NCBI GenBank assembly: GCA_046563655.1
Contig: CM102289.1
Coordinates: forward strand, 5,642,001-5,706,000
DNA from: Yuukianura sp. NJ FZ-2021
Lineage: Eukaryota
Reading direction: 5' to 3'
DNA length: 64,000 bases
The position numbers and the translations under genes were made by a program. Within the stretch, counting starts at the first letter, position 1. Every line of letters begins with the position of its first letter. Of this stretch, positions 21,147 through 34,234 are shown in pieces. The notes beneath the pieces were generated by a model. That model saw only the letters and a list, made by a program, of their open reading frames with translations. It did not search any database and had not been told where the DNA came from.

Positions 21147-24100
21147 GGCCAAAAATTCCAGTTTGGAGTTGCACTTTATGCAGCACACACACTTTCCAAA
21201 TTCGGCCTCTTCCCAAATGGAACTGTTACATTAGAGGTTAATTGGTGTAAATTAATTGTGATTAGGGAGAAAGTGGAGGTGGCGGTGGTGCTGGAGGTAG
21301 GGAAAGATCAACTGTGTTTCCTATTTCGTGAATCCTGTGTTGCTTTTAGGTTATGTTAGGTTAAAGTTAGGTTGGTGGAAGATGCTTTGGGGCTGGGATG
21401 TTTTGGAGGGAGGATTCAAACTGGGTTTTGGGCGAATGAGTAGGGCGAATGGCTTTTGCAGTGGGCGGCTGCTCTTCCGCCTCGAACAGACCAACGAATC
21501 AATTTCCATTTGCACCAAAGCACCAAGGCTCCCTCCTCTTCCCGGATCATCTTACGAGGCAGTCTCATACGACAAGACTTTTTGAAAAAAAAAATCAAAA
21601 AAATTCAAAAAGCGAAAAAAAAAATCAAGTGCCCATGGGGAATCAAATTCACAAGTTCGTTTAAAGAGAAATCTGAAATCTGCAAACAGGAAAATTTTCA
21701 GTTTGCGGTTATGTTTCTTAGAAAAGTGTTTACTGCGAACAAATGAGTTACTATTTTGATTTTAAAGTCGCCCGAGGCAAACACTCGCGGATTAGGTTAG
21801 TTCAAGATAGCCTAAAATTGTACAAGCATTGTTTTTTTTTCTAGCAAATAGGCGCCATAGTTTGAAAATCCAGCTCAAATCCTTGTTGATCCATCATCGT
21901 CTTCTTGGAAGTCGCTTTTGCTGGTGAAAGTTGCTTTCCTTTTCAGGCGAAGTCTGTTTTTGCTTCTTTTTTGTAAATCCCGGGAGAAAGGGAGTGAAAG
22001 TGGCCATGGTTTCTGGAGCCTAATGGAACGCATTGGGCTGGAACATGGAAGTTTTGAGCTGGAAGTGGTTTGAAAACAACGGCTTCTTATAGCGCTGCGA
22101 TTGAGCTTTGTTGCTGAGCACTGGAAGTCCAATTCATTAGACTCAATTTTGGGTAATGCTCCTCCCAATTGGACCTAATGAATGAGATTAGTTTGTGTTA
22201 GATTTAGATTTACAAGAAGGAAATGCGGAGAGGCAGCTTGCTAAGGCCAACCATACTTTCTCTCAGTGAAAGCAAGTGGAGCTCCTCTGGGGAAAATAAG
22301 GACCATCACCTCCGCTGCCTTTCCTTCACTTACCTCCAAAGACAAACTAATAAATTGCCTTAACTAATACAGTTACCGAAACAAAAACACACAACCATAA
22401 GTCTCAATACATTATGCTTCCTTCACAACCACTTGCTCTTCTTTTTAGCCTAACAGTAACCTAACACAATAGGTTAACCTAACCGCTGCCTCGCCCAAGG
22501 TCACAGACAGGACCTTCTACAGCTGCAATTTGCTCCAGCTTTAGAAATAACTAAAAGTAAAATTTCTAATGTATTTTAATATTTTTTGAATTAAAAAAAA
22601 CTAACCAATACTGTTAAAATCATGATAAAAGTAATTTAACTGGACAGGGCACAGTGTGTTGCAATAATGCGTGTGATAGTTTAGCTTTAGTTGTCATGTT
22701 AAGATTTTAGGTTATTGTTAGGTTGTATTTTCGTGACATTTAGATAATGTGTTCTCAGCATGTTTTCCAATTGGATTTTGTCTAATGAAGTTGAAAAGAC
22801 TTGGGCGGAAGGTTCTGCAGAGAGAAAGTTGCTGGGAGTGAAAGTTCTGACAGAGCGGATGGGCGTTTCCTCCTTTTTCCATTTAATCATCTTCCTCTAA
22901 ATCGAATCCAACAGCCTCTGCTTTCCCGCCAACTTAAAAAAAATCTTGTTTTTGTGTTCTTTTAAAACAATGTTAGTTTTTTCCTTGATTTGAATTTAGA
23001 AAACCTGAAATTGAAACAGCGGGGAAACTCCTGCTAAATTCCACAAAGCATAACATTGTTCGACTGCAAGTAAAAATCACAATCGGTCTGAGATTTTACA
23101 GCTTCCAATTGTAATGGAGTTCTTTTTTTTCATGCGAAAATAAGAATGTTGACGGAATTTTTTGTTTTTTTGTTTTCAAATTTTGGTTGCACATTTGCGT
23201 TTTATTTTTGGAAGTGTTGATTACAAAAGTGGGCGTTTCAACTTTGGTTTCATTTCTGATTCTAATCTGACAGAATAAGCTTAGCCTCTGAATGTTATTA
23301 TAAACACACAAGAAGAACCCCATTGACTTAACATATGTTTTGCTATCCCAAAGTAAGAGAGCAAATAGAACCCAAACATTAATTTGAACTCCCCTCTCTC
23401 CATCTTCGATGCTCCACGTAAGCCGCTTATTTTCAAAAACTGACATAAATGGGCATCGGAGGCTATGAATAAGAGAGGGGAGGGTGACTACAATGTAATT
23501 TCAGTGCCAATTGGATTTGAACTCATCATTTTAATAACCTAACCTAACTTTAATTTTGGCTTCATAAATCCACAACCTAACATTACGGCTTATTACATCT
23601 CCTACAATGTAGTTACTCCCTCCACCGCTCGCTCGAAAACCGAAAAGTTAATAACAATGGAACTCAAAACAATAAGATTTTCCGTCCATTCTTCATGAGC
23701 CACACGACTTGACGGATGTCTCATCGTGTGCCGTCGTCGTGCGTCCTTAATGAAGATGTTTCTCTCCCTAACTTTTCGGTGCAACATAGTTACTCTCTCC
23801 AACTTAATGAAACTTTCTACCTGCTTTCTCCCTTACCAAAATGAGTTTCTCACCTTGTTGACTCCTAGGAATTTTCTCATAAAAGAGGAGCCAAAATCAA
23901 AGGGTTTCCTTTGAAATTGGTTTTCATAGTTTGTGAACTTCCAAAAAAAGTTGCGTGACCTTCGACCTTTGTCTACGCTTTGCAAGAAACAACGCGTTTT
24001 CGGCAATTATGCTTCTCGGGACTCGCAGGTGAAAGATCAAAGAAAAACTGTAAACTTTGGAGGGAAAAGAAATTGAAAGTTTTACATCTTTTTTGTACGA

Positions 24101-27100
24101 TGGTTCAAGGAGTTTTTCAAATTGAAAATTTTAGTTTTATTTAAAACGAACCCTTGAAGTAGCAAACGGTTGGTGCTGAGAACAGGTTGGTAAAAATATA
24201 CTTTGTAAAAAATTCAAAAATTTCAACCCCTTTGAATTCACCGCCACCGTTGAGCCATGTAGCTTCAAGTGGTTGTTTGAAATCTCTTTCGTTTTATATG
24301 AAAAATTGATGTCCTCAAGATCACTCTAGAGAAGGATCACACGAAAAGAGTGAAAGAAGGGGGAAATTGAAAAGTTCAAACAAGCAGCTTTCCAACCTGA
24401 AAACTTCAAATTTTATTTTACTATTTGGAATTTTTCAAAAAATGTTGGGGAAATTGTTTTTTCAGTTGAAGACATAATGAAAACAGAGGACTTTAAAATA
24501 GTGAATATTTTTTATGTATTCTTTATAATTTTCTTATTACCTAAAAAATCCTTACTTTTTTATTTTTTTGACGTTTCCTTAAGTTTTAAGAAAATACGTA
24601 TTTTATTTTTCACGTTCCCGTTTGGTGTGTTAGTATTCAAAGAGAATTGAAGTTACAAATTGATACAAAGTGCGGTTGACTTTATTTGAATGCGCAAAGC
24701 ATTCAACTCATTTCTATTCTGGAAGCAATTTCATTTGAATTTATTTTCATTCTCCTTTTCTCCAATGACGTTTTTTTAAAAAAAAATTTTTGAAGATTTT
24801 CAAAGCAATTGTAAGAAAAATATTCCAAGTGAAGTGAAGATTTGCCTTTGAACAAAAATTTGTAGAATCGAACAGTTTTGAATTTGGTATGGGCGAGTGC
24901 CTGTTTGTATTCAATCTGTCAGTGCGGAAAACACTAACATTGAACTGCCATATGTCATGATAGTGCCACTAGTCAAGTTTTGGCGCTTTTCCAGAAGGCG
25001 AGTGACTAAAGTGGTGGTGCTGGTATTTTTTGGATAGAGAAATGACATTCCCTTGGGAAACTTTTCCATTTTCCTCCACTCTACCCAAACACCAAAATCC
25101 AATCTGTGGCTTCACAATGTCAACTCAAAAGGAAGAGGGTGAAAGTCATCCTGGTCGCATCAATCCCCTCTCATAAAGTCCTACAAACTTAATTACTACA
25201 CCAAATGCTCCATTTTCAAAATATCAAATTTTCCCGCACTCATATTTTCAAAATGTGTTAGTATTTAATTATTAAGAGCAGTTCACGGTTCCATTTCGCA
25301 AATATTTCCTTGCTAGTTTCTTTCGAGGCTACATGCTGAAGAAATCTTTAAAGTTTTCGGATTTTTGTTTCTGTTTTTCAAATTTGTTTCTATTGCATCC
25401 TTTATGCTTTAGACTACTGATTCAATTTTTTGAATTAATTTTTGAATTTTTGAATTTTTGAATCTAATTTTGGCATTTTTGGAACGATTGACTTTTCTGT
25501 CCTCAGCTAAGTCAACGTTTTGCCAAACCTGGTGAAAGGTCAAGCAATTCTAAAGCCATTGCTCAAAATTATCTTTGAATTCTCCAATTGTCAATCTTTC
25601 TATCGAGTGACAATTTTTAGAAGGAAAAAGAGAAACTACCGATCGAGAGTTGCTGAATTTTAAGTTTGGAAAACTGCGTTTCTTGACTAGTTCTCGGTTA
25701 AACCTATTTCAGGCTACTTTTTTGAAAAAAGTAAAAGAAGATTTTGATTTTGAACACTTTGCACAGATGACGTCGTCGGAAGCTTAGTTTTGCCGCTTGA
25801 ATTTTGTTCGCCGTTACAATAAAACCTGAAAAACGTTCCTAGTGCACGGCCTGCGGTTAGTTGCTTGGATGGCTAAGAAGGTAGATGGAGAAAATAGAAG
25901 AAGAAAGCAAAGGAAATTGTGGGGCGAAACTGTCAAGCGTCCAAATCAAGACGAATGCTCCAACAGGAAAGTGCTTTTCTCGGTTCCCTCCGCTGGGAAC
26001 TCCCTCTGCGCCTTCCCTACCACCAACCATTGTCACTTTCTCCCTACTAAACAAAGGAAATAGACACAACACTAGTAAAAACTTTACAAATAAATAAAAC
26101 TAACTTATTACATTTATTTAATCCACACCTTACATTATTTTACTCGTTTAAACTCAATTCAACCTAACTGAATATTGAACTCTCTTCACCAATTAGCTTA
26201 TTTTCTAAAACAGGTAATTAAATCAAATTTTGGTAGAATTCAATTTTAATTTTTTAAGGGAAAATGTTTTTTTTAAGTTGTGAAGTTTTCGGCGGTTTGA
26301 ACTTGCTTTGACTTTGTTTGATTTGTGAAACAGACTTTTTTCGTGAGTATCGTTTTAGTATGGGGTGAGCGGAGAAAGTTAAGGGTCAAAAGATGAAGTT
26401 TTATTGGAAAATGAAATGGGCATTTAGGCGGGAAGAGAGGGATTTGGAAGTGGAAGTTGGAAGGAAATCGAAGGGACGATCAAGCCCTCATACAAATGGC
26501 CATCTTCACATGGCCACCTAACCTAACATAGCCTAACCTAACCACTTTGGCCTCATCTTTCCAATCATACTTTCACCACTTTCTACAACGACCACCATTT
26601 ACCTTTTTATGGCACCCGCAACTTCCTTTTCCTCCAAAACTTACTTTCTTGAGCCACAAAATGGCCACTTTCTCCCTCCGACTCTCATCGCCTCATCGAC
26701 ACAACCGAAATTCAGGTACTTTCTCCAAAAATTTTTCTTGAAACTGCAAAACTGAAATTGAAATTAAAGTTCTTATGAAAAATGAGAGATGGAAATCAGC
26801 ATCTCCTTCAAAATCAGTTTCAAAAAAGTGCACGTTCCACTTTTGTGCATAATCATGAAAGGTAATGGAGTTTTGAATTTCCTGCGTTAAGCCAGACGCA
26901 CACTCCGCGGTGAGTAGTTTATTCAAATTATTTTTTGAAGTCATCCCGCCACGTCTGAGTTTTAGCGAATGTTGGAACTAAAACTTCAGAATTGTTAACC
27001 TTAACTGGCTCATCACTACGTTCAATAAGTTAGCCTAACTAATCTAATCGGCGAATTTGGTTCAGGTTAGGTTAGCTTAACAGTTGTGCTTATGTTGGAG

Positions 27101-27534
27101 ATTTGTTTCGAAGTTCATCTGGAAGCGTGTAATTAGGCACTTATTTATCATGTTCCGGGCATTAGGGTTACTCCGCCAGATTATCTAGTGTGATAATCAT
27201 GGGGCTGGAACAAGAGAGCGCGTTTTTTGAATTATTTGAATTTGGTAAATATCGCATCTGCTCATCCCGCAAGTTAGTTTTGAATTTCCCGCCTGAAATC
27301 GGAAGTGATGATTGTTTAAGTTTTTTTAAGAGTTGATTTTTTAGACAAAAGATTAGAGTAAATTGACTTCCGATTGCCACGTGTCTAACCCACAGTGTGA
27401 ATCCTATTGTTATTCAAATCCTCAAAGTGAAAGCTGCACAGAAGCGGAATCAATCAATAATTCTCCTGCTGAATTTTAGAACGGAGAACACTTTAAAAAT
27501 CAATTTACACCAGGAAACTTTTGGATACGCACAC

Positions 27535-27600
27535 AAAAAAAGTTGGAGGTGGTAGGGTTCGAACCGCGAAGACTCAAAATCTCCAGCTCTACTCATGATT
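27535..27600 (-). pseudogene. Possible degenerate tRNA-derived (SINE-head-like) fragment
   Basis: The minus strand reads ...GAGTAGAGCTGGAGATTTTGAGTCTTCGCGGTTCGAACCCTACCACCTCCAACTTTTTT: a B-box, a tRNA-like 3' end and a T-run. The A-box is poor and there is no 5' acceptor stem. Confidence 0.3.
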
Positions 27601-29364
27601 CATTTTGATTTGAGAGTTTATGTTGAAGGTATGGTGGTTGATATGGCAGATGGTTTTTGGTTGAATTGAGGCAGAGGCTGCTGATTCCTAGGAGACAGAA
27701 GCTAATAAATCATTGGGGTGATGTGGTGAGGAGAGCATTAAGGACGAACAGAGATTCACTTTGGACAGTTGGTTGAAGTAAGCACGAACAGTCACTGGTG
27801 GTGGTAGTGGTTGAACTGGTGGTTGGAGTAAAGCGCCAACATTCAAAAATCATTTTTTCAGAAAAGTGCCAATGTGGTTTACCCAATAATAACTTTTATC
27901 CGCCTCTTCTCTTTCAAAGTCACATCCATCATCATTCCGTGGGTTCTCAACATGACACTTTCTCCAACTTTGAAGCCTAAACGGCTTTCACTTTTCAAAA
28001 AACTTTTGGCGCAAAAAAAATTTCCTAAAAGCTCTTTGCCCGAAACCTACCTTAGCAGACAGACTTTAAAAGGCTAAGAACATCACACCTTTGGATTGGT
28101 CCATTTTAAAGAAAACACATGCCAAGAGTTTATAGGTCAAATTTCTTCACGTTTTTATTATAATGTGAGACTTTAAAGTGACCGAAAATAAAAATTTGAA
28201 AATATGCCTTTGAATTTATGTCAAAAAAGTAAGAATTTATTTTACGAAACAACAGCAAAGGCATGTAAAATTTCAATAAAAAAAAAGTTCAGTTTTTCTA
28301 TCCCGTAAGGTCAAAGGGAAGCTGGCTTGTGCCATCTAGGAACCTTCGGAAATAACTTTTTGAAAAGGGATTTCTCTTATAACAAAGTCCTGTTAAATTT
28401 TGAACTTTCAATTTTTATGAATATTTTATGAGATTTTTTATTTCGAACTAAATGCTGCGTTTTTCTAAAGTCTGTGATTCTACGTTCTAAATAAACTTTT
28501 CCTTTATTATTTCATAAATATTGTGTCATTTCGACGATATCTTGTCACTTTAATAAATATTTTTTTTTGCAAGCTTGTAAGATTCATTTGACACTTGATT
28601 CCTTGTAACGTTTTGGTGTTGTGAAAGTACCTAAAATTTTGTTCTTTTGTGAACCATTTAGGTCTTAACGTCTCCAAAAATTGTCAGTTGATTCAAACGA
28701 ACAAAAAAGAAGAAGATAAATCAAGGCTACCGAAATCCATGATTTTTGCAATAAAGACATCACAGCGGAAATGCAAAAGACACGTTTGCACAGTTAGTTT
28801 TCCTAAAATGGCAATTTGGACTTGACAAGACGAAAGTGTAACTTTAACTATACTGATTTTTTAAACAAAAAATTGGAGTTTAAAACACTACCCCGCTTAA
28901 TGTTCAAATAACGACTTCTCAAGCCATCATCAGCAAAAAAAAAAACGTCCAGTTAGCAGTTATAATTTGAACATCAAAATTTTCAAACAGGTCGATTTCA
29001 TTCTTTGTTCAAAAGGAGACGACTCTGAGTCACTCAAGTTGGTTAACCATTTCGGCATTGGATTTCTGCGAATCGGTTTGTTCAAATAACATTTTTTATT
29101 ATCTTGAAACAAAGTAAGGTTTGGAAATTTTTGCTGACATCGAAGATTAAGTTTAAGATTTAAACTTTGCCCTATTTCCAATGTACCTAACATTTTTCGA
29201 CTTTATCGGATTCTGATTTTCAAAATTCATTTCACGTTTTGCATTTGACCAAGTCAGACCACGATTCTTAGCTCCCAACTTCTAATACTTCAAAGGATTA
29301 AAATTTAGGAAACAAATTAACATTGCAATTTCTGTTTTGTTTTTCCTTCGAAAGGTAAATCAAA

Positions 29365-32051
29365 ATGGAGTCACTTATTCCAACGGTCAACAAAATCCAT
29401 GATATTGCTATTGCAGCCAAGACGCCAGTGGGTGCCTTGCCGCAAATTGTTATACAAGGAGACCAGGTAGCGAAAGATGCAAGTTTTAGTTTCAATGTAT
29501 CTCACATGTGAATTCTCACAACGTTTTTATTTCATTTTGAACAGAGCTCGGGCAAGAGTTCTGCAATAGAAAATATTGTTGGACGATCGTTTCTACCGCG
29601 TGGAAAAGGAATTGTTACGCGATGCCCAATAATTATTCAGATGATTCCAACGACAGGCATTCACGCCTACCAGAACGGAGATGTTGAGGGGCACTCTGGG
29701 CAACAAAATGGTATCACTGGTAAGAATATCCAATTTAACTTTTTGATATTTTTTCGGGTTCCTTATGTCGAGTATTGTTTTTGAATATTTTTAACTTCAA
29801 TTTTTTGTAGTATCGGATGAGTGGGTTGAATTTCTTCATACGAACAAACGTTTTACGGATTTTAATGCTGTCAAAGACGAAATTCAAGCTGAAACTGATC
29901 GCCAATGCGGCAGAAACAAGGGAATTTCCAACACGCCGATTACTGTCAAGATTTATTCTCCAAAAGTCGTGCAACTCACCTTGGTTGACCTTCCGGGATA
30001 CACTCGGGTCAGTCAGAAATTCTCTTGTTTAATGTTTTTAGCTTTTCAAAAAAAAATTTTTTTTCTTAACTGATTAGGTTCCAGTTGGTGACCAGCCGGA
30101 AGACATTGAGAAGCAAATTCGAGAGTTGGTTCTGGAATACATTAGACAACCAAATACGATCATTCTTGCTGTGTCTCCGGCAATTGTTGATGTCCAGACG
30201 AGTGAAAGCATCAAATTGGCTCAAGAAGTTGACCCCACTGGATCACGGACTCTCTTGGTCATTACCAAGCTGGATTTGCTTTCTGAAGGGGAAACTTACA
30301 TTGAGACGTTGAGCGGTAAGGTTCTGGATGTCAAACTCGGAATTATTGGGCTCGTCAACCGATCAACTGTCGACGTTAGAACTGAGAAGACAATCGAAGC
30401 TGCGATTCGGGACGAAAAACGCTTTTTCGCTGGGCGTTACCCCAGAATTGCACATTTGCATGGAACGGAACGACTGCGCATGCGCCTTCACGAGTTGCTT
30501 GTTCAACACATCAAGTATTGCTTGGATGACATCGAGGTAGAATCAAAAATTCACATTGCATCTATAAAAATGTGCCAATCCATTAAACTTTCTTCTATAA
30601 AAATATAAATTATATATAATATATATTAGATAATATTACATAATTCTACATAATATTATAATAATGCATAATATTAACCATATTATAAAATATTATTTTG
30701 CCTTTGTAGTTGGCCATTAGTGGTATGATTGCTGAAGCTGAAATGGAACTTCGGAAACTTGGAACCGCTGGAGAGGAAATCAAGGACAAGCGTCGTGTTG
30801 TTGGGGAAGTAATTTCCCGCTACTGTGAAGATGTCAAATCGGAAATATTCGGAAGTGCTCGGAACCCACGAACGGACCGAGTTGCTGGGAAAGAACAACT
30901 TCTGCTGCTTTTCTCTGAAACTTTTCGTGAGGTTTTGGATGACATTGACCCGGTCATTTCAGCGACAGACAATGACATTGCAACTGCAATCAGTTTTTCG
31001 GGTCCAATTGAAGCAATTTTCTTCGTTCCAGATGTAAGAATCTTCAGAATTTTAAAAACTCAAAAAAATGTAACTTTTGAATTTTGTGTTAATATTTTTA
31101 ATTGCCTATTTTCTTATTAATTAAATAGGGAGCTTTTCGAACCTTGGTTAGACGCCCAATCGAAGACTTAATGGAGCCATCTCAACTCTGTGCTGCTCTT
31201 GCGCATCGTGAAATGAAGCAAATCCTCTACACATGCGCCGATGACTTGAAAAAGACTCGCTACTACTTTCCACGACTCAATGAAGCTTTGACCAACGGTG
31301 CATCGAAATTGCTCAATGAACGATTTAAAATGGCCAAGGAGATCATCGAGACTTACGTCAACATTCATGCTGACTCTGCCTTTACGACGGATCCAACCTT
31401 TTTGAAAAAAGCGCAGGAACTGAAGGCCAAGATGGACGTGTCTCCACCGCTTTTGTCCGAATGTCACGTGAGTGTTGCTGCTGCAAATGAGTCTGTCAAC
31501 AACAGTCCATTTCGAAAAGCAAAAGCTGCGAAAGGTCAAAGTTCTCAGCAGCAGGGTACGACTGACGTGGTTGAGCCTAGTAATTTGACCAATGGAAACG
31601 CTAACATCGTTGCAAAGTTGCCTTCCACGATGGCTGCACCCGCCCAATCGACTTCTACAAACGGCTCAGCAGTAGCTGAACCATTGACTATTCAGCAGCG
31701 GAAGTGTGAGATTGTGCGGGAACTGATGCGACTCTACTTCAACATTGTACGCAAATGCCACCAGGATTATGTGCCTAAAGCACTTCTTCACACTGTCATC
31801 TACTACGTTGTTGAAAATCTCAACACTGAATTGGTAAGTTCATCAATTAAAAACTCACAATTTTCTGTAAAGTCTAAAGTATTTTTTTGTGTCAAAATTT
31901 TAACTAGTCCGCTCTACATGCAAATCAAGAAGAATTGGAAAGACTGGTGGAGCCACCAGCAGACGTCCTGGAGAAACGACGCAACACTCTGCAGAATTTG
32001 GCGTCATTGAAGGAAACGGCTGAAGCTATTCCAAAGCTCCGCCTCCTCTAA
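29365..32051 (+). CDS. Divergent Drp1/DNM1L-derived dynamin-family GTPase, paralog 1 (7 exons, ~701 aa)
   Basis: Exons 29365-29466, 29545-29719, 29811-30007, 30078-30536, 30710-31033, 31129-31833 and 31908-32051 splice into one open frame. G1 GDQSSGKSS, G2 VTRCP, G3 DLPG, G4 TKLD; Drp1-type [18 protein letters not shown] and [11 protein letters not shown]; low-complexity insert [20 protein letters not shown]. No PH or PRD domain. Confidence 0.92.
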
Positions 32052-32831
32052 AGTGCCAATTTAGCACTCGGTTTTATTTGAGCAATTATATTTTAAAAAT
32101 GTATAACTTTTCATGCTCAATTTTCAATTATGCTTTTGAAAAAATGTCATGCATTTTCCTACTAAAACTTATCAAATATTTGCTGAAACTTTCTCGGAAA
32201 AGTTTCCTCTATGCTTGCTTCTTCTTGAGTTTGTATTAAATAAAACATTACATGGACGTTTTAATATGTCAATTGTATTTTATTTTCTAAAATCGGAAAA
32301 CGCGTGGCTAAAAAACTATTTTTATTTTGTGTAATGCGTTCACTTTTGCCTCTGATTTGATATACTAAAAACAGTATCTCATGTAAACATTTCGTTTGTG
32401 TTTTTTTCAAAACTTGAAACAACGTAATAGTAACTAGAATTACGTGATGTGTGTGACTCGTTTCCGACAAATATTATCCCATTAATTGAAAGTACGCAAT
32501 TAAGCGAGAGCTTGACTTGTTGACTTTGAGATTATAATTTCTGGAAATCCGTACAATACTAACTGTGACGCTGAGTATTGTTTTAGTATCGACTATAAAA
32601 ATATTTATCTTAAAAATCCCAGTTGATAAATTTCTACAAACAATGTGCGAAAGCGTCAGAAAAAAACAAAACAAAAATTGACGCAGTTTCGACAAACTGG
32701 ATAATGTCATTTAAACTGAATCTTGTAACTATAAATCCAGTTACAAGATCAATTGGTCAAATCAGTTCCAACCTTGACTTAAATTTCAAATCATCCAAAT
32801 ATTTCCGGTTGCAAAACTTAGCCGTACCAAA

Positions 32832-33229
32832 ATGGCGTTACTCAAATTCCTTGTTTTCCTCTGCATCGTCGCCGTGACTATGAGCACCCCTTTGTCCAAG
32901 TCCAGAAAGTAAGTACTTCCGAACGACTTTTTTCTTAGTTTCAGATAAGTTAAGTTAATTGTATTTAATTTTTGAAATTATTGTTCAGAAACTCGCTACT
33001 GACGGATGGCTGTGCAGGAATCGACTGTCCCGGAGGTGAAGTTGATGGTTACTTTGCACATCCAGAGAGTTGCACCCTGTACTGCCACTGCTCCAATGGT
33101 GTCCCCATTGAACGACCCTGTGGACCTAAGCAGGAGTTTGACCCTGACCTGAACGTCTGTGTCCACGAGGGAGACTACGACTGCCCATACAGTGAGGAGT
33201 CGTCAGAAGAAGATTTGAAAATTCGTTAA
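32832..33229 (+). CDS. Small secreted chitin-binding protein with a single CBM14/peritrophin-A domain
   Basis: Exon 32832-32908 encodes a signal peptide (MALLKFLVFLCIVAVTMS). Exon 32989-33229 encodes CPGGEVDGYFAHPESCTLYCHCSNGVPIERPCGPKQEFDPDLNVCVHEGDYDC with ChtBD2 cysteine spacing and an acidic tail. Confidence 0.88.
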
Positions 33230-34234
33230 AATATTATGCAGTCTAATATCTGCAATTTATCTTTCACTTTTTAACTAAAATACTTATTTTCCACTATTTG
33301 TCGTAAATGTTTATTACGTATTTTCAAGAAAATATTACAGAAAACACTTACCCAAGTCTTTGCCAAAAGTTTATCTCTAAAAGTTTTCGCTTGCTTCTCC
33401 TTCACTTTCTTTTTCAAAAAAAAATTGCACGAGATAGCTTAATCGTTTTAATGATTACTATTTTGGACAACATGAATAGCCTTGAGAGTATCTTTGTTTA
33501 TTTTGCGGCATAACATGTACTTTGAATTTGATTTGACTAACATCAAACGTTACTCTGTTCAAATTCATCAAAAAGGAGCTACACTGCGTTATAGAATATT
33601 TTGTGTAAATTGAACGATGGAACGCAATTGGGACACCTAACAGCTAAATCATGTTTTCTAATGCGCTAATTCTAAAATGAAGAAATAATTTTTCGGTAAT
33701 ATCCATTTTTAATCGGTTTTTAGAAATTAAAAACTGTTTCAAACTGCCGAGATTCTTACGGCTAATATTCCAAAAAAAAAACGTTTCATTTGCAGTGGTC
33801 AAAATCGGATGTTTAGCTAAAACTAATTTTTAAATTACAATGTTAAACCGGATATTTTTGGCGTGCGTTGAAATGATATTGTCCTGGGTCGTCAAATTCA
33901 TTCTGCTTGCTCGTAGTTGTTCTTTCATTGCTTGTGTAAATTTGATAAATTTTGTCTTATCTTCAAAGCAAATTTATTTTGCAAATTTCTTCTGAAATTG
34001 TGGGATTTACTTTATGAATAGCCGCCGCCGACTTTCTTTTGTTTGCCAATTCAAAAGCAAATAGTTCGGATCCTTGAGTTTACACTTTTGAACATTCTTT
34101 CCAGTTTCTGGCTTGCCCTAAATTAGACGTCCATGTCCGAGAAGGAATAATTTCAAAAACTTACTGCAATTTCCTGTTGTTAGAAAGTTAGCATATTGTC
34201 ATTTTCCTACTTGCAATACCTTTAGAGAACCAAT

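Noticed and set aside
27535..27600. Functional tRNA gene
   Set aside because: A B-box and 3' end are present, but no cloverleaf or 5' acceptor stem can be built. It is listed only as a low-confidence relic.
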